64,000 bases of DNA from an uncultured delta proteobacterium (GTDB lineage: Bacteria > Myxococcota > Kuafuiibacteriia > Kuafuiibacteriales > Kuafuiibacteriaceae). Below, piece by piece: positions 1-12,974 of the stretch. Position numbers and translations under genes: made by a program. Position 1 is the first letter of the stretch. The number at the start of each line of letters is the position of its first letter. The DNA lies in assembly GCA_963803435.1 (NCBI GenBank), contig CAWDML010000001.1, positions 448,001-512,000 on the forward strand, in the 5' to 3' direction. Below the pieces are notes generated by a model, which saw only the letters and a program-made list of their open reading frames with translations, did not search any database and was not told the DNA's origin.

Positions 1-1
1 T

Positions 2-3000
2 GGACAGGGGCTGGGGACGATCAGCGACGATGACACCGCACCCGGGCTCTCGATCGACGACGTGTCGGTCGTCGAGGGCAACGCCGGCACGGTCAACGCC
101 GTCTTCACCGTCACGCTGGCCGCCGCCAGCGGGCTCCCGGTCAGCGTCGACTGGGCCACCGCGAACGGCACCGCCGCAGCGCCGGGCGACTTCACCGCAG
201 CCTCTGGGACGCTCACGTTCCCGCCGGGCACCACCTCGATGCCGATCACGATCGCGGTCGCCGGCGACACGCTCGACGAGGCCGACGAGACGTTCACGGT
301 CAACCTCTCGAACGCGACCAACGCCGCCATCAGCGACGGCCAGGGCGCGGGAACCATCACCGACGACGATACGCCGCCCGCCCTCTCCATCGCCGACGTC
401 ACCGTCACGGAGGGCGACTCGGGGACTGTCAACGCCGTCTTCGCGGTGACGCTGTCCGCCCCCAGTGGCCGCACGATCACGGTCGCCTACGCCACCGCCA
501 ACGGCACGGCGGTCGCCCCCGCCGACTATGTCGCCGGCTCCGGCACCCTGACCTTCACGCCCGGCGCCACCTCGCGATCGATCACCGTGGCCGTCAACGG
601 CGACACGCTCGACGAGGCCGACGAGGCGTTCACCGTGGTCCTGTCGGGCCCGACCAACGCCACCATCCTGGATGGATCCGGCGCCGGGACGATCACCGAC
701 GACGACGCGCCGCCCGCCCTCTCCATCGCGGGCGTGTCGGTCGCCGAGGGCAACACCGGCACGGTCAACGCGGTCTTCACCGTGACGCTGTCGGCGGCCA
801 GCGGGCGGACCGTCACCGTCGGCTATGCCAGCACGGCCGGCTCGGCGACGTCCGGCACCGACTTCCTGGCGGCCTCGGGCACGCTGACCTTCGCGCCGGG
901 GGCTACCTCACGGACGATCACCGTGGCGGTCAACGGCGACACCATCGACGAGCTCGACGAGACCTTCTTCGTCGATCTGACGAACCCGACCAACGCGACG
1001 ATCACCACCGCCCGAGGGACCGGCACGATCATCGACGACGACGCGGCGCCCTCGATCGACATCGGGGACGTCTCCGTCACCGAGCCCAACGCCGGTACCA
1101 TCAACGCCGTATTCGTCGTGACGCTCTCGGCGCCCAGCGGTCAGGCGATCACCGTGGACTACACCAGCGTGAACGGCAGCGCCGTCGCGCCCGCCGACTA
1201 CACCGCGGCCTCGGGCACCGTGACCTTCGCGCCGGGGACGACCAGCCGCACGATCACCGTCGCGGTGGCCGGCGACCTTCTCGACGAGATCGACGAGACG
1301 TTCACGGTCATCCTCTCCAACCCGACCAACGCGCTGATCGGCGACGGCTCGGGCCTCGGCACCATCGTCGACAACGACGCACCCCCCACCTTGGCGATCA
1401 ACGACGTGGCGGTCACCGAGGGCAACGCGGGCACCGTCAGCGCTACCTTCAACGTGACGCTGTCTGCGCCCAGCGGGCAGACCGTGACCGTCTCCTACGC
1501 CACGTCCGACGGCTCGGCCGCGGGCGGCGTCGACTACGTCACTTCCACCGGCGTCGTCACGTTCGCCGCAGGCGTCACCACCCGACCGCTGACGATCACC
1601 GTCAACGGCGACACCCTCGACGAGGCCAACGAGACGTTCAACGTCACGCTCTCCTCGCCGGTGAACGCCACCATCCTCGACGGCACCGGGATCGGGACCA
1701 TCAACGACGACGATGCGCCGCCCACGATCGCGATCGCGGACGGATCGATCGACGAGGGCGACGCCGGCACCGTGGCGCTCACCTTCACCGTCACGCTCTC
1801 GGCCCTGAGCGGGCGGACCGTCGCGATCGACTGGGCCACCGCGAACGGCACGGCCGTGGCGCCCGCCGACTACACCGCGGGATCGGGGACGCTGACCTTC
1901 GCGCCCGGCGTAGGCTCGCAGACGATCTCGGTCGCCGTCGCCGGCGATGCGATCGACGAGGCCAACGAGACCATGCTGGTCAACCTCTCGAACCCGGTCA
2001 ACGTGACGATCGCCGACGGACAGGGCATCGGCACCATCATCGACAACGATGCAGCTCCCTCGCTCTCGATCAACGACGTCACCGTCGTGGAAGGAAACAC
2101 CGGCACCACCAACGCGGTCTTCACGGTCACGCTCTCGACCGCCAGCGGGCAGAGCGTCTCCGTGGACTGGGCCACCGCCAACGGGACGGCGACCGCCCCC
2201 GGCGACTACACCGCCGCCTCGGGCACTTTGACGTTCGCCGCCGGCGTGACCTCGAGGACGATCACGGTCGCGATCGCGGGCGACACCATCGACGAAGCCA
2301 ACGAGACCTACTTCGTGAACCTCACGAACCCCGTGAACGGTGCGATCGCCGACGGTCAGGGCCTGGGCACGATCACCGACAACGACGCACCGCCCTCGCT
2401 CTCCATCGCCGATGCCTCCGTCGCCGAGGGTAACGGTGCCACCACGAACCTGGTCTTCACGGTGACGCTCTCCTCGGCGAGCGGACAGCCCATCACCGTC
2501 CAGTGGGCGACCGCGGATCAGACCGCGCTGGCCGGCAGCGACTACGTGGCGGGCTCGGGGACCCTCACGTTCGCGCCGGGGATCACCGCCCAGACGCTCT
2601 CCGTGGCCGTCCTCGGCGACGTGCTCGACGAGCTGGACGAGACCTTCACCGTGGGGCTCTCGGGTGCGACCAACGCCTCGATCGCGGGCGCTACCGGCGT
2701 CGGGACGATCACCGACGACGACGCGCCGCCCTCGCTCTCGATCGCGGACGTCACAGTGATCGAGGGGACCGCCGCCACCACCAACGCGGTCTTCGCGGTG
2801 ACGCTCTCGGCGCCGAGCGCCCGATCGATCACCGTCGACTGGTCCACCGCCAACGGGACTGCGGTGGCGGGGAGCGATTACACGGCCGCCTCCGGAACGC
2901 TGACGTTCGCGCCGGGCACCACCTCTCAGACCCTGACGGTGCTGGTGACCGGCGACGCCCTCGACGAGGCGAACGAGACCTTCACCGTGAACCTGGCCAA

Positions 3001-6000
3001 CCCGACCGCGGCGACGATCGCGGACGGCGCCGGGCTGGGCACCATCACCGACGACGACGCGCCGCCGGCCGTGTCGATCGCAGACGCCACGGTCACCGAA
3101 GGGAACACCGGACCGGTCCTCGCCACGTTCGCGGTCACGCTCTCCGCCCCGAGCGGCCGTACGATCTCGGTCGCGTACGCCACCGCCAACGGCACCGCGG
3201 TGGCGCCCGGCGACTACGCGGCCAACTCGGGCACGCTCACCTTCACCGCCGGCGTCACCACGCAGAACGTCTCGGTGATCGTCAACGGTGACACCATCGA
3301 CGAGGCCAACGAGACGTTCACCGTGACCCTCTCCGCGCCGGTGAACGTCACCATCGCGGACGGGAGCGGCCTCGGCACCATCACGGACGACGACGGTGCC
3401 CCGCAGCTGTCGATCGCGGACATCGCGGTCACCGAAGGCAACGCGGGCAGCACCAACGCCCAGCTCACGGTCACGCTGCTGCCTGCCAGCGGCCAGGTGG
3501 TCACGGTCCAGTGGGCGACGGCCAACGGTACGGCGCTGGCCGGCAGCGACTATACGCAGGGCGCCGGGACCCTGACCTTCGCGGTCGGCGTCACGCAGCA
3601 GACGTTCAACGTCGCCATCACCGGAGATACAGTCGACGAGGCCAACGAGACCTTCCTGGTCAACCTGACCAACCCGGTCAACGCCACGCTCAACGACGCG
3701 CAGGCGGTCGCGACCATCAATGACGACGACGCCCCCCCTGGGCTCTCGATCGCCGACGCCTCCCTCACCGAGGGCAACACCGGCTCGGCCGCCCTCACCT
3801 TCACGCTCACGCTCTCCGCCGCCAGCGCGCAGGTGATCACCGTGGACTGGGCCACCGCCAACGGGACCGCGATCGCCGGGAGCGACTACACCGCCGCCGC
3901 CGGAACGGTCACGTTCGCGGCCGGCGTGACCACGCGGACGATCAGCGTCGACGTCACGGGTGACGTCCTCGACGAGGCCAACGAGACCTTCCTGGTGAAC
4001 CTCACCAACGGGGTCAACGTCGCCATCACCGACGGCCAAGCGGTCGGCACCATCACGGACAACGACCCTCCGCCGGTCCTCGCCATCGCCGACGTCGCGG
4101 TCGCGGAGGGAGACTCGGGGACGGCGACCGCCGTCTTCTCGGTCACGCTCTCCGCGGTCAGCGGCCGCACCGTCACCGTGCAGTGGGCGACCGCGGACGG
4201 CACCGCGGTGGCCGGATCCGACTACGTCAGCGGTACCGGCTCGCTCACCTTCGCGCCCGGCGTGGTGACGCGGGCGATCGCGATCGCAGTGAACGGTGAC
4301 ACCACCAGCGAGGTCGACGAGACCTTCGTGGTCAACCTGTCGACTCCGGTGAACGCCACGATCGGCGACGGTCAGGCCACCGGCACGATCACCAACGACG
4401 ACGGCGCGCCCGCGCTCTCGATCACCGATGCGTTCGTGACCGAAGGTAACGCCGGCACCACGAACGCCACCTTCAACGTCTCGCTGGCCACGCCCAGCGG
4501 TCAGACCGTCACCGTCGACTGGGCGACGGCCAACGGCAGCGCGATCGCAGGCTCCGACTACGTCGCTGGCTCCGGTACGCTGACGTTTGCACCCGGCGTG
4601 ACCACGCGCTCGCTCACCGTCGCGGTGAACGGCGATACGATCGACGAGGTCAACGAGACGTTCCTGGTCAACCTCACGAACCCGGTCAACGCGCTGATCG
4701 GCGATGGGCAGGGCATCGGCACCATCAACGACGACGACGCGCCACCGTCCATCGCGATCGCGGACGCGTCGCTCACCGAGGGCAACAGCGGCAGCGGCAA
4801 CATGACGTTCACCGTCACCCTCTCGGCGGTCAGCGGACGCTCGGTGACGGTCGATTACGCGACGGCGAACGGCTCGGCGGTGGCGGGCTCCGACTACACG
4901 GCCCGCTCAGGCACCCTCACGTTCGCCCCCGGCTCCACCAGCCAGACGTTCACGGTCCCCATCACCGGCGATCTCCTGGACGAGCCGAACGAGCAGTTCT
5001 TCGTGAACCTGACCAACCCGACCAACGCGACGATCGGCGACAACCAGGCGGTCGGCACCATCAACGACGACGACGGCGCACCCTCGCTGTCGATCGCGGA
5101 TCTGACGGTGGCGGAGGGCAACGCTGGGCTCACCAACGCCACCTTCACCCTGACGCTCTCGGCCGCCAGTGGTCAGCAGGTGACGGTCGACTACGCCACG
5201 GCGAACGGTACCGCCAGCGCCGGCACCGACTACGTGGCCCGGAGCGGCACCGCCGTGTTCGCCCCCGGGACCGTGACGCAGACCGTGGTCGTCTCGGTCA
5301 ACGGCGACACGATCGACGAACCGGACGAGACCTTCACGCTGAACCTGACGAACCCCGTCAACGCGGTGATCGCGGACGCACAGGCCGTCGCGACGATCAC
5401 GGACGACGACGGAGCGCCCTCTCTCTCGATCGGCGACGCCTCGGTCGCGGAGGGCGACACCGGCTCGATCAGCGCCACCTTCGTGGTCTCGCTGTCCAGC
5501 GCCAGCGGTCAAACCGTGACCGTCGCCTGGAGCACCGCGGATCAGTCGGCGGTCGCCGGCTCGGACTACGCGGCGGCCTCCGGCACGCTGACCTTCGCGC
5601 CGGGAACGCTGACGCGCAGCCTCACAGTGACCGTGAACGGCGACGCGCTCGACGAGATCGACGAGGTCTTCCTGGTGCAGCTGGCCTCGCCGACGAACGC
5701 CCTGATCGCCGATGGCACCGCGATGGGCACCATCATCGACGACGATCAGCCTCCCTCGCTGCTCGTCCAGGACGCAGCGCAACCCGAAGGCACCGGGGTC
5801 GCCCAGCTGATGTCGTTCACCGTCTCCTTGTCCGCGCCCAGCGGCCGCCCGATCAGCGTCGACTACCTGACGCTCGACGGCACCGCCGTCATGGGGGCCG
5901 ACTACCAGCAGACCGACAGCACACTCACGTTCATGCCCGGCGAGGTCACGCGGTCGATCGACGTTCAGATCGAGGCCGACGCCCTCGACGAGGAGGACGA

Positions 6001-7627
6001 GACCTTCATGGTCCGGCTGACCAACGCGGTCAACGCGACTACGGCGCGCGATCTCGCGATCGGCACGATCACCGACGACGATGACCCGCCGGCGCTCTCG
6101 ATCGCCAGCGAGAGCGTGCTCGAGGGTAACGCGGGGACCTCCAACGCGTCCCTGGTGGTCTCGCTCTCCGCCCCCAGCGGGCGGGACGTCCAGGTGGCGT
6201 ACGCGACGCTCGACGGCACGGCGGTCGCAGGCCAGGACTACCTCGCAACCTCGGGCGTGCTCGACTTCGCGCCGGGCGTCACCATGCGGACGGTGACGGT
6301 GGGCATCGTCGCCGATCTGCTCGACGAGCCGGACGAGACGCTGCTGGTCGCCCTCTCCGGAGCGGTCAACGCGACCGTCAGCGCCGGCAGCGCCACGCTC
6401 ACGATCATCGACGACGACCTGGCTCCCAACCTGGGGCTCACCGTGTCGAGCCCCGGACCGTTCGTCGTCGGCGGCCGCGGCACGTACGCGTTCCGCGTGG
6501 AGAACGGCGGCGCCGGCCCGACGGAGGGGCCGATCACCCTCGTCGACGCGCTCCCGGCCGGGCTGACCTTCCTCGAGTTCACCGGCGCCGGGTGGGGCTG
6601 CCAGGGCGACCAGGGGCTGCTCACCTGCAGCAGCACGACCAGCCTGCCGCCAGGGTCGGCGCTCGAGGAGCTCGACGTCACCGTCGACATCGGGCCCGAC
6701 GCCTACCCGCAGGCGACGCACACGGCCACGATCGCGTCGCTCGGCGATCTCGATCCCAGCAACGATGCGGTTTCGATCCGGACAGACGTGATCGGGCTGG
6801 CGGATCTCTCGGTGGAGAAGACGCGGCCCGACCTCCCAGCGGAGCCGGGCGCGGAGGTCACCTGGACCATCACCGTCACCAACCTGGGGCCGAACAGCGT
6901 CCGAGAGCTCTTCGTCACCGATCAGCTCCCGCCCACCCTCTCGGAGCCGACCTTCAGCGCGAACACCGGTGAGTACGACCCCTCCTCCGGGCTCCTCTCC
7001 GGAGTTGCCCTCGGAGCCGGCGGGCGCGTTCAGCTCACGGTGAGCGGACTGCTGGCCAGCACCGCCACCGGCACGCTGGTGAATCGCGCGCTGGTCTCGG
7101 TGGCGGTCGGCTATTCGGATCCCCGATCCCAAAACGATCTGGCCGTGCATCGCTCCGCGATCGCCGACGCGGCCGCGTGCGACGACGACGGCCTCACCGA
7201 CGAGGAGGAGCGGCAGATCGGTACCGATCCCTGCAACCCAGACACGGACGGCGACGGCATCCCCGACGGCACGGAGGTGGGCGGCGACAACCCGACCGAT
7301 CCGCTCGATCCCGACACGGACGGCGACGGTCTTTGCGACGGCAGCGGGACCGTGCCCGGGATCTGCGTGCCGGGTGAGGACCTCAACAACAACGGCCATC
7401 GCGACGCGATGGAGACGGATCCGAACGACCCCGACTCGGACGACGGCGGCATCAACGACGGCGAGGAGGTCGCCCGCGGCACCGACCCGCTCAACCCGGA
7501 CGACGACTCCGTCTACTCGGGCTGCGACTGTGACGAGACGGGTACGGGCGGAGCGCCGATCGGTCCCACGTTGCTGGTGCTCGGGCTGTTGCTCCTGCTC
7601 GACCGAATGCGGCGGCGCCGGAGCTGA
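2..7627 (+). CDS. Giant Calx-beta repeat surface protein (5'-partial) with two DUF11-like domains, Ca-binding DxDxDG repeats and a MYXO-CTERM-like tail
   Basis: Frame is open from base 2 ([11 protein letters not shown]). It has 19 complete 112-aa Calx-beta units (EGN...ATANGTA...DY...GTLTFAPG...DE.DETF.V.L...GTITDDD), two DUF11-like units (DLSVEKT...[12 protein letters not shown]) and [12 protein letters not shown]-type repeats. It ends GCDC...[18 protein letters not shown]. Confidence 0.93.
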   Translation, partial: GQGLGTISDDDTAPGLSIDDVSVVEGNAGTVNAVFTVTLAAASGLPVSVDWATANGTAAAPGDFTAASGTLTFPPGTTSMPITIAVAGDTLDEADETFTVNLSNATNAAISDGQGAGTITDDDTPPALSIADVTVTEGDSGTVNAVFAVTLSAPSGRTITVAYATANGTAVAPADYVAGSGTLTFTPGATSRSITVAVNGDTLDEADEAFTVVLSGPTNATILDGSGAGTITDDDAPPALSIAGVSVAEGNTGTVNAVFTVTLSAASGRTVTVGYASTAGSATSGTDFLAASGTLTFAPGATSRTITVAVNGDTIDELDETFFVDLTNPTNATITTARGTGTIIDDDAAPSIDIGDVSVTEPNAGTINAVFVVTLSAPSGQAITVDYTSVNGSAVAPADYTAASGTVTFAPGTTSRTITVAVAGDLLDEIDETFTVILSNPTNALIGDGSGLGTIVDNDAPPTLAINDVAVTEGNAGTVSATFNVTLSAPSGQTVTVSYATSDGSAAGGVDYVTSTGVVTFAAGVTTRPLTITVNGDTLDEANETFNVTLSSPVNATILDGTGIGTINDDDAPPTIAIADGSIDEGDAGTVALTFTVTLSALSGRTVAIDWATANGTAVAPADYTAGSGTLTFAPGVGSQTISVAVAGDAIDEANETMLVNLSNPVNVTIADGQGIGTIIDNDAAPSLSINDVTVVEGNTGTTNAVFTVTLSTASGQSVSVDWATANGTATAPGDYTAASGTLTFAAGVTSRTITVAIAGDTIDEANETYFVNLTNPVNGAIADGQGLGTITDNDAPPSLSIADASVAEGNGATTNLVFTVTLSSASGQPITVQWATADQTALAGSDYVAGSGTLTFAPGITAQTLSVAVLGDVLDELDETFTVGLSGATNASIAGATGVGTITDDDAPPSLSIADVTVIEGTAATTNAVFAVTLSAPSARSITVDWSTANGTAVAGSDYTAASGTLTFAPGTTSQTLTVLVTGDALDEANETFTVNLANPTAATIADGAGLGTITDDDAPPAVSIADATVTEGNTGPVLATFAVTLSAPSGRTISVAYATANGTAVAPGDYAANSGTLTFTAGVTTQNVSVIVNGDTIDEANETFTVTLSAPVNVTIADGSGLGTITDDDGAPQLSIADIAVTEGNAGSTNAQLTVTLLPASGQVVTVQWATANGTALAGSDYTQGAGTLTFAVGVTQQTFNVAITGDTVDEANETFLVNLTNPVNATLNDAQAVATINDDDAPPGLSIADASLTEGNTGSAALTFTLTLSAASAQVITVDWATANGTAIAGSDYTAAAGTVTFAAGVTTRTISVDVTGDVLDEANETFLVNLTNGVNVAITDGQAVGTITDNDPPPVLAIADVAVAEGDSGTATAVFSVTLSAVSGRTVTVQWATADGTAVAGSDYVSGTGSLTFAPGVVTRAIAIAVNGDTTSEVDETFVVNLSTPVNATIGDGQATGTITNDDGAPALSITDAFVTEGNAGTTNATFNVSLATPSGQTVTVDWATANGSAIAGSDYVAGSGTLTFAPGVTTRSLTVAVNGDTIDEVNETFLVNLTNPVNALIGDGQGIGTINDDDAPPSIAIADASLTEGNSGSGNMTFTVTLSAVSGRSVTVDYATANGSAVAGSDYTARSGTLTFAPGSTSQTFTVPITGDLLDEPNEQFFVNLTNPTNATIGDNQAVGTINDDDGAPSLSIADLTVAEGNAGLTNATFTLTLSAASGQQVTVDYATANGTASAGTDYVARSGTAVFAPGTVTQTVVVSVNGDTIDEPDETFTLNLTNPVNAVIADAQAVATITDDDGAPSLSIGDASVAEGDTGSISATFVVSLSSASGQTVTVAWSTADQSAVAGSDYAAASGTLTFAPGTLTRSLTVTVNGDALDEIDEVFLVQLASPTNALIADGTAMGTIIDDDQPPSLLVQDAAQPEGTGVAQLMSFTVSLSAPSGRPISVDYLTLDGTAVMGADYQQTDSTLTFMPGEVTRSIDVQIEADALDEEDETFMVRLTNAVNATTARDLAIGTITDDDDPPALSIASESVLEGNAGTSNASLVVSLSAPSGRDVQVAYATLDGTAVAGQDYLATSGVLDFAPGVTMRTVTVGIVADLLDEPDETLLVALSGAVNATVSAGSATLTIIDDDLAPNLGLTVSSPGPFVVGGRGTYAFRVENGGAGPTEGPITLVDALPAGLTFLEFTGAGWGCQGDQGLLTCSSTTSLPPGSALEELDVTVDIGPDAYPQATHTATIASLGDLDPSNDAVSIRTDVIGLADLSVEKTRPDLPAEPGAEVTWTITVTNLGPNSVRELFVTDQLPPTLSEPTFSANTGEYDPSSGLLSGVALGAGGRVQLTVSGLLASTATGTLVNRALVSVAVGYSDPRSQNDLAVHRSAIADAAACDDDGLTDEEERQIGTDPCNPDTDGDGIPDGTEVGGDNPTDPLDPDTDGDGLCDGSGTVPGICVPGEDLNNNGHRDAMETDPNDPDSDDGGINDGEEVARGTDPLNPDDDSVYSGCDCDETGTGGAPIGPTLLVLGLLLLLDRMRRRRS
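35..6418 (+). repeat. 19 tandem 336-bp coding repeats (Calx-beta units)
   Basis: The DDD/DND-ending motif recurs at 34, 370, 706 and so on to 6418, which is 370+18x336. Confidence 0.9.
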
Positions 7628-7630
7628 CCG

Positions 7631-10020
7631 TCACTCGCCGCCGGCGGTGCGGACGTTCTCGCCGTTGCGCGAGAAGCGGATGCCCTCCGGGACCCGCTCC
7701 CGTCCCACCTCGACCACCACGATGTCGAACCCCACTCGACAGTTCGCCACCGTCAGATCATTCGCCTCGATGGTGCCGTACCAGCCGAGCGCGAGGCACG
7801 GTCCGTCGGGGTCGGTGTCGAAGCGCCCGCGGTCGAGGCGGAAGAAGGACTCGCGATAATCCATGTTGTCGCGGGTGCCGACCTGAGCCCCGATGCCGGC
7901 GAGGTTGACGAAGCGGCCGTCGTTCACGTTCACCACCGACCAATCGAAGCGGAGCGCGCCGTCGACACCCGCGCCGTCGACCTCGATTCGAAACGCGTCG
8001 AGCCCCACCTGGGACAGCGCAATGCCGGCGCCTTTGACGTCGGCGATCGAGACGTCGTTCGCCTTCACCGGCGTTCGAGTGCTGGCGAACAGATCGAGGC
8101 CGATGCCTGGGACGCCCCCGATGAACGTCTTGTTGATGGTTCCGGGGGTGTTGTAGACCAGAATCCCGGTGGCGTTGTTGACCGCCGCGGTCACGTCCTG
8201 GACCCGGACGTCGTTCAGATCGGCGGCCACTGCCGAGTTGATCGAGACGCCGTACGAGATCGCGTGCATCACTTCGACGCGGGTCAAGGCGACTCGGTCC
8301 GGGGTCGACGCGTCGATCCCTCGGCCACCTGCGCCCTGGGTCTCACCTTCGATGGAGATCCGGCCCGGCTGCACGTCCTCGATCGACGCATCGATCAACC
8401 GCAGCGTGCACCGCTGACCCCGTACGCCGACGTAGCGCGGCCGGGTCGCGTGCACGCGCTCCGCGGTCAGCGTGGAGGCGGTCCCCTGCACGCGCATGGC
8501 AGCCCGTCCGGTGTCGGAGAGGACGACGTCCGTGACCTGAGCCGAGGCCGTGTCGACCGAGATCCCGATGTATCCGGTGTCCGTGATCAGCGCGCGCTCG
8601 AGCGTGACGCTGGCGCCGTTCAGCGCTTCGACCCCGTGCTTGGGCAACCACCGGCCCGGCTCGTCGCGGATCACGAGATCCGTGAGGTTCGCCTGGGCGC
8701 CGGCGCCGCTCACCGAGAGCCCCTCGCCCTCCGTATCGGCGGTGTAGACGCGGGTTCCGGTCAAGGCTGCTCCCGCCCCGATCTGCACGGCCGCACCCCG
8801 AGTGGTGGCCGAGGTCGTACGCCCCGAGACGTAGACGTCCGTGAGCTCGACGACACCGGCCGTCCCTGCGACCCCCGGCCCGACACCGCCGAGGATCCGC
8901 GCACTCGTCAGCGAGAGCGTCCCGCCCTGCTCGAGCAGGCCGCGCGAGCCCATCTGGACCAGAAGCCGGTGGGCGGTCAGCGTACCGCCGGAGCGCACCA
9001 GCGCCCCATACTGCTGCCCGGCGAGCTCGGCGTCGTCGAGCGTGAGGGATCCGTCGATCGTAAGGGGGACATTCGATCCGGTCAGGCGGACGTTGCGGAT
9101 CGTCACCGCGTCGCCGGTGATCGTGAGCGCGCCCTGGAGGATCACGTCGCGGCAGGCGCCGGCGATCTCGACGCTCCGATCGATCACGAGCGATTCGGTG
9201 TAGCTCCCGGCCGCCACTGCGACCGTCTCGGCGCCCGAGGCCAGCGCCGAGGAGAGACGCTGGTACGGATCGGCCTCGCTGCCGCTCCCCACGCCAGCCG
9301 TACCCGCATCGACGTACGCGATCGTTCCGGAGAGTCCGGAGGGAAAGCGGCCGAGGCACGGACCGGCGACGGAGGTGCAGGCGGACTCGCCGAGAAGCTG
9401 GGCCTCACCGACGGCGCAGGCGACCTCGGGCGGCGGCGTGCAGGCGCCGAGCTCGGAGGTCCAGCCCGCGGGGCACGCCTCGAAGCGCGGCGCCTCCGGC
9501 GGCTGGGGCGGGCTGGGCGGCGTCACCTCCGGGAGCGTGCAAGGCAGCATGCAGTACTCCTCGCCCGCGACGAGACGGAAGCACCCGCCGCGGTCCTCGC
9601 ACTCGGGGCTCACGAAGCCGCGCAGGCGCACGTCGCCGACGAAGTCGCGAAAGGCATCCTCCGGTATCTCGACGACGTTGCGATCGGAGCCGACCGCCTC
9701 CAGCACGGTGTATCCGGCCGGGAGCGGTCGATCGAGCTCGTCCTTCACGATCTCGATCTCGCCCGGCGACAGCCCGAGCGCCGCCAGGTTCGTCGGATAG
9801 GTGAGCAGGAACAGCCGATCGGAGTCGTGGAGCGAGAGCGGCGGCAGCGGGCTCCCGTCGAGAATCGACCCCGTAGAGGCCTCGGGTCTTGCGGTCGGCG
9901 TCCGAATATAGGAGCAACATCGACTGCGCGTCGCCCACCTCCGGTATCGAGATCGGAGCCTGCGCGACGCACGCGCTCGCGCCGAGTGCCAGGAGGACGT
10001 GGAGACGAACGCGGACGACC
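7631..10020 (-). CDS. Right-handed beta-helix repeat lipoprotein, apparent frameshift at ~9863; start uncertain
   Basis: Cys-rich N-terminal part, then YVDAG..GSGSEADPY..L..AL and beta-helix repeats. The lipobox LLALGASAC lies in a neighbouring frame that joins if one base of GAATC (9862-9866) is removed. Confidence 0.75.
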
Positions 10021-10076
10021 GAAGGAGGCTGGTCCAGGACCTGCGGCGTGTCAACCGCCCTTCGCGCGGCCGTAGG

Positions 10077-12425
10077 TCAGTCGGCGGGGCCCAGCATCTC
10101 GAGGAGCAGGCTGCGAACCCGGTCGGGGTCGAACGGCTTCGAGAGCGAACGGACCTGACCGTCGAGAAACGCGCTGGTCCGCTCGGTGAACGTCCCACCG
10201 GTGATGAAGACGAAGCGGGACGCGAGCTCGGGCCAGCGGGTCTGGACGACCTCGAACAGATCGGCGCCGGTCATGCCCGGCATCATGACGTCGCAGACCA
10301 CGACGTCGCGCTTCGCGTCGACGGCCAGTCGAGCCAGCGCTTCCGAGCCGCTGTTCGCGACCTCAATCTCGTGATCGCCGAGGAGGCGCTTGAGCACGGT
10401 GGCCACGCTGGGCTCGTCGTCGATCACCAGGATCCGGCTGCGCCGCGCCCGTAGGCCCGGGTCGACGGCCCTGTGAAGCGCGCTTCGGGGCTCGGCGGCG
10501 GCCTCGAGCAGCTCGACGGTGACCCGGGTGCCCGCGCCGTACGTGCTCTCGACGTGGATGACGCCTCCAAACTCGCCCACCAACCGTTGCGAGATGGGGA
10601 GGCCGAGGCCCGAGCCGACGCCGCTGGGCTTGGTGGTGAAGAACGGCTCGAAGACGCGATCGAGGATCTGGCGGGGCATCCCCATGCCGGTGTCCTCGAC
10701 GGTGAGCGCCACGTGGCCTTCGGCATGCCGGCGCGTGCGAACGGCGATCTCGTGGTCACGTCCGTCGGCCTCGGGAATCGCGTGGGCGGCGTTGAGCAGG
10801 AGGTTGACGACGACCTGCATGAGGCGGCCCTCCTGCGCCAGCACGAAGAGATCGGGGCAGAAGTCGCGCACCAGGCGGGCGCGGTGGCGGATCTCGTTGA
10901 GGACCATGTTGCAGGCGCTGTTCAGCACGGTGACCGTATCGACCGCCTCGAGCTGGTGGTCGTCGCCGGTGTGCGAGAACGACTTGAGGTCGGCGACGAT
11001 GCGGCGGATCCGGGTGGCGCCCTCGAGCGCCTCGTCGAGCGCCTCGACGTGGGCCAGGTCTTTCAGCGTCTCGCCGATCGACTCGCGCAGAAACTCCAGA
11101 TCCCCGATCACGTAGGTCAGCGGGTTGTTGATCTCGTGCGCCACGCCGGCAGCCATCGCGCCCATCGCGGTCAAGCGGTCCGCGAGCGCCAGCTGCTCCT
11201 GCGCGATCTTCTGCTCGCTGAGATCGCGCAGGACCACGATCGCCGCCGGCTTTCCCTCGAAGGAGACGCTGCCCGCAGGCGTGACCTCGCAGAAGCGGAC
11301 GGAGCCGTCGAACCGCTGGAAGCGCACGGTCTGCGGGTGACCGGCCGCTGGCGCGCCATCGCTCTCGAGGCTGCTCCGCCACTCCGGATGGACGAAGTCC
11401 TCCAACCGCCGACCGATCGCTTGGTCGAGCGAGCGGCCGAGCACCTCCAGCATCGCTTGGTTCGCGAAGTAGATCTGACCGTCGCGGAGCACCGCCACGC
11501 CGGCCGGCATCCCGGAGAGCACGGCGCGAAACTCGTGATGCGCCCGGGCGAGCGCGACCTCACGCTCCATCCGACCGTGTACGCTCCGGCGCGTCGCGAG
11601 ACACGCCTGCGCGTGATCGTCGCCCGTCACCGGCGTCACAGTCAGCTCCTGCATCAACCGCCGGCCGTCCTTCCCCCGGCTCGCCATGGTGGCGATCCAC
11701 GGGCGGCCCTGCTTCAGGACGTCCATGGCGTACTGGTAGAAGGACGCGTCGTGCACCGGATCGATCGGATCGCGGAGAAGCTCGGCGAGCGGCCGGCCGA
11801 CCGCCTCCTCCGCGGAGTATCCGGTGAGGCCCTCCCAGGCGCGATTGACGTACAGCACGAAGGCCCGCCGGTCGGTCAGCTCGATCGGGTCCGCCCCTTG
11901 CGCGATCGCGTCGAGGAGAAGGCGTTCGAGCCGCCAGCGACGATCTCGCGTGAAGGCGGCCTCGAGGGTCGGGCGGATCGCGACCGCCCGCTCCACCGTG
12001 ATCGCTCCGAAGCCGGGCGCGGTGACCCCGGCCAGCAACACGTCGAGGCGTCCGTCGATCGCCACCGGGATCAAGACCACCTCCGCGCCCTGGAGCGCGG
12101 CGAGCGGAGCGAGCTCGGGCGCATCCGGGGTGCAGGCGCGCACGCCGCCGTCGGCGAGCAGACGCTCGAGCTCGGGTTCCTGGAGCTCGGCCGGGCTGCC
12201 GGCGTCGCCGATCCGAAGCACGGCGCCGGGCTCGTTCGCGGGAAAGCGGCGCTGGTAGACGAACCCCCGCGCGAATCCCAGATGGGACAGACACGCCCGC
12301 AGTGCGCCCTCGAATCGGCGCGGGAAGGCGGCCTCGCCGAGGAGCGCGACCAGCTCTGGGACGTCGTGGCTCGTATCCGAAAGGTTTGCGCTCCAAGCCG
12401 GCAAATTCAAGGCATGGTGACTCAA
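10077..12425 (-). CDS. Hybrid PAS-domain sensor histidine kinase/receiver
   Basis: Two PAS domains (YVNRAWEGLTGY; FANQAMLEVLG), H-box AHEINNPL, N-box NLLLNAAHA, DTGMG, FEPFFTTK, GSGLGL, and receiver ILVIDDE/CDVMMPG/SKPF. Start uncertain. Confidence 0.93.
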   Translation of the reverse strand: MSHHALNLPAWSANLSDTSHDVPELVALLGEAAFPRRFEGALRACLSHLGFARGFVYQRRFPANEPGAVLRIGDAGSPAELQEPELERLLADGGVRACTPDAPELAPLAALQGAEVVLIPVAIDGRLDVLLAGVTAPGFGAITVERAVAIRPTLEAAFTRDRRWRLERLLLDAIAQGADPIELTDRRAFVLYVNRAWEGLTGYSAEEAVGRPLAELLRDPIDPVHDASFYQYAMDVLKQGRPWIATMASRGKDGRRLMQELTVTPVTGDDHAQACLATRRSVHGRMEREVALARAHHEFRAVLSGMPAGVAVLRDGQIYFANQAMLEVLGRSLDQAIGRRLEDFVHPEWRSSLESDGAPAAGHPQTVRFQRFDGSVRFCEVTPAGSVSFEGKPAAIVVLRDLSEQKIAQEQLALADRLTAMGAMAAGVAHEINNPLTYVIGDLEFLRESIGETLKDLAHVEALDEALEGATRIRRIVADLKSFSHTGDDHQLEAVDTVTVLNSACNMVLNEIRHRARLVRDFCPDLFVLAQEGRLMQVVVNLLLNAAHAIPEADGRDHEIAVRTRRHAEGHVALTVEDTGMGMPRQILDRVFEPFFTTKPSGVGSGLGLPISQRLVGEFGGVIHVESTYGAGTRVTVELLEAAAEPRSALHRAVDPGLRARRSRILVIDDEPSVATVLKRLLGDHEIEVANSGSEALARLAVDAKRDVVVCDVMMPGMTGADLFEVVQTRWPELASRFVFITGGTFTERTSAFLDGQVRSLSKPFDPDRVRSLLLEMLGPAD

Positions 12426-12505
12426 GTGGCGCGAGCTGCGACGGTCCCTGCGCGGTTGACTGGGGCTTCCCTCTGTCGTCCTCCATCGGCAGGAGGTACA
12501 CGCGC

Positions 12506-12961
12506 ATGGTCAATCCTATCCCTGAGGGGCTGCACACCCTCACTCCACAGCTGAGCGTCGACGGCGCGGCCGAGGCGATCGAGTTCTACAAGAAGGCGTT
12601 CGGCGCCGTCGAGGTGTCGCGGGCTCCCGATCCGTCCGGCAGGAAGATCTGGCACGCGTCCCTGCGCATCGGCAACTCCGTCTTCTTCGTGAACGACACG
12701 TTCCCGGAGGTGGGCGGCAAAGCGCAGCCGACGAGCATGTGGATCTACCTCGAAGGTGTGGACGCCGCGTTCAAGCGCGCGGTCGACGCAGGCGCCAAGG
12801 TGTCGATGCCGCTGATGGACATGTTCTGGGGCGACCGCATGGGCAAGGTGGAGGACCGCTGGGGCAACAGCTGGTCGATCGCACAGCACACGAAGGATCT
12901 GACGCCGGAGCAGATGAAGAAGGCGCAGGACGAGTTCGTCGCCCAGATGAAGAAGGGTTGA
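12506..12961 (+). CDS. VOC/glyoxalase (PhnB-like) protein
   Basis: MVNPIPEGLHTLTPQL..AIEFYKKAFGA..DMFWGDRMGKVEDRWG; RBS AGGAGG at 12491-12496. Confidence 0.92.
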   Translation: MVNPIPEGLHTLTPQLSVDGAAEAIEFYKKAFGAVEVSRAPDPSGRKIWHASLRIGNSVFFVNDTFPEVGGKAQPTSMWIYLEGVDAAFKRAVDAGAKVSMPLMDMFWGDRMGKVEDRWGNSWSIAQHTKDLTPEQMKKAQDEFVAQMKKG

Positions 12962-12974
12962 TCGCTCGACGCCG

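Noticed and set aside
35-6418. CRISPR array or non-coding repeat
   Set aside because: The repeats are in-frame 336-bp protein domains with no spacers, and no cas genes are present.
908-7399. Long antisense ORFs (908..4039, 4907..7399; likewise 15554..18868, 22715..25639, 58107..60284, 61485..63266)
   Set aside because: These are shadow frames of real high-GC genes, with skewed R/G/V/D composition and no recognisable motifs.
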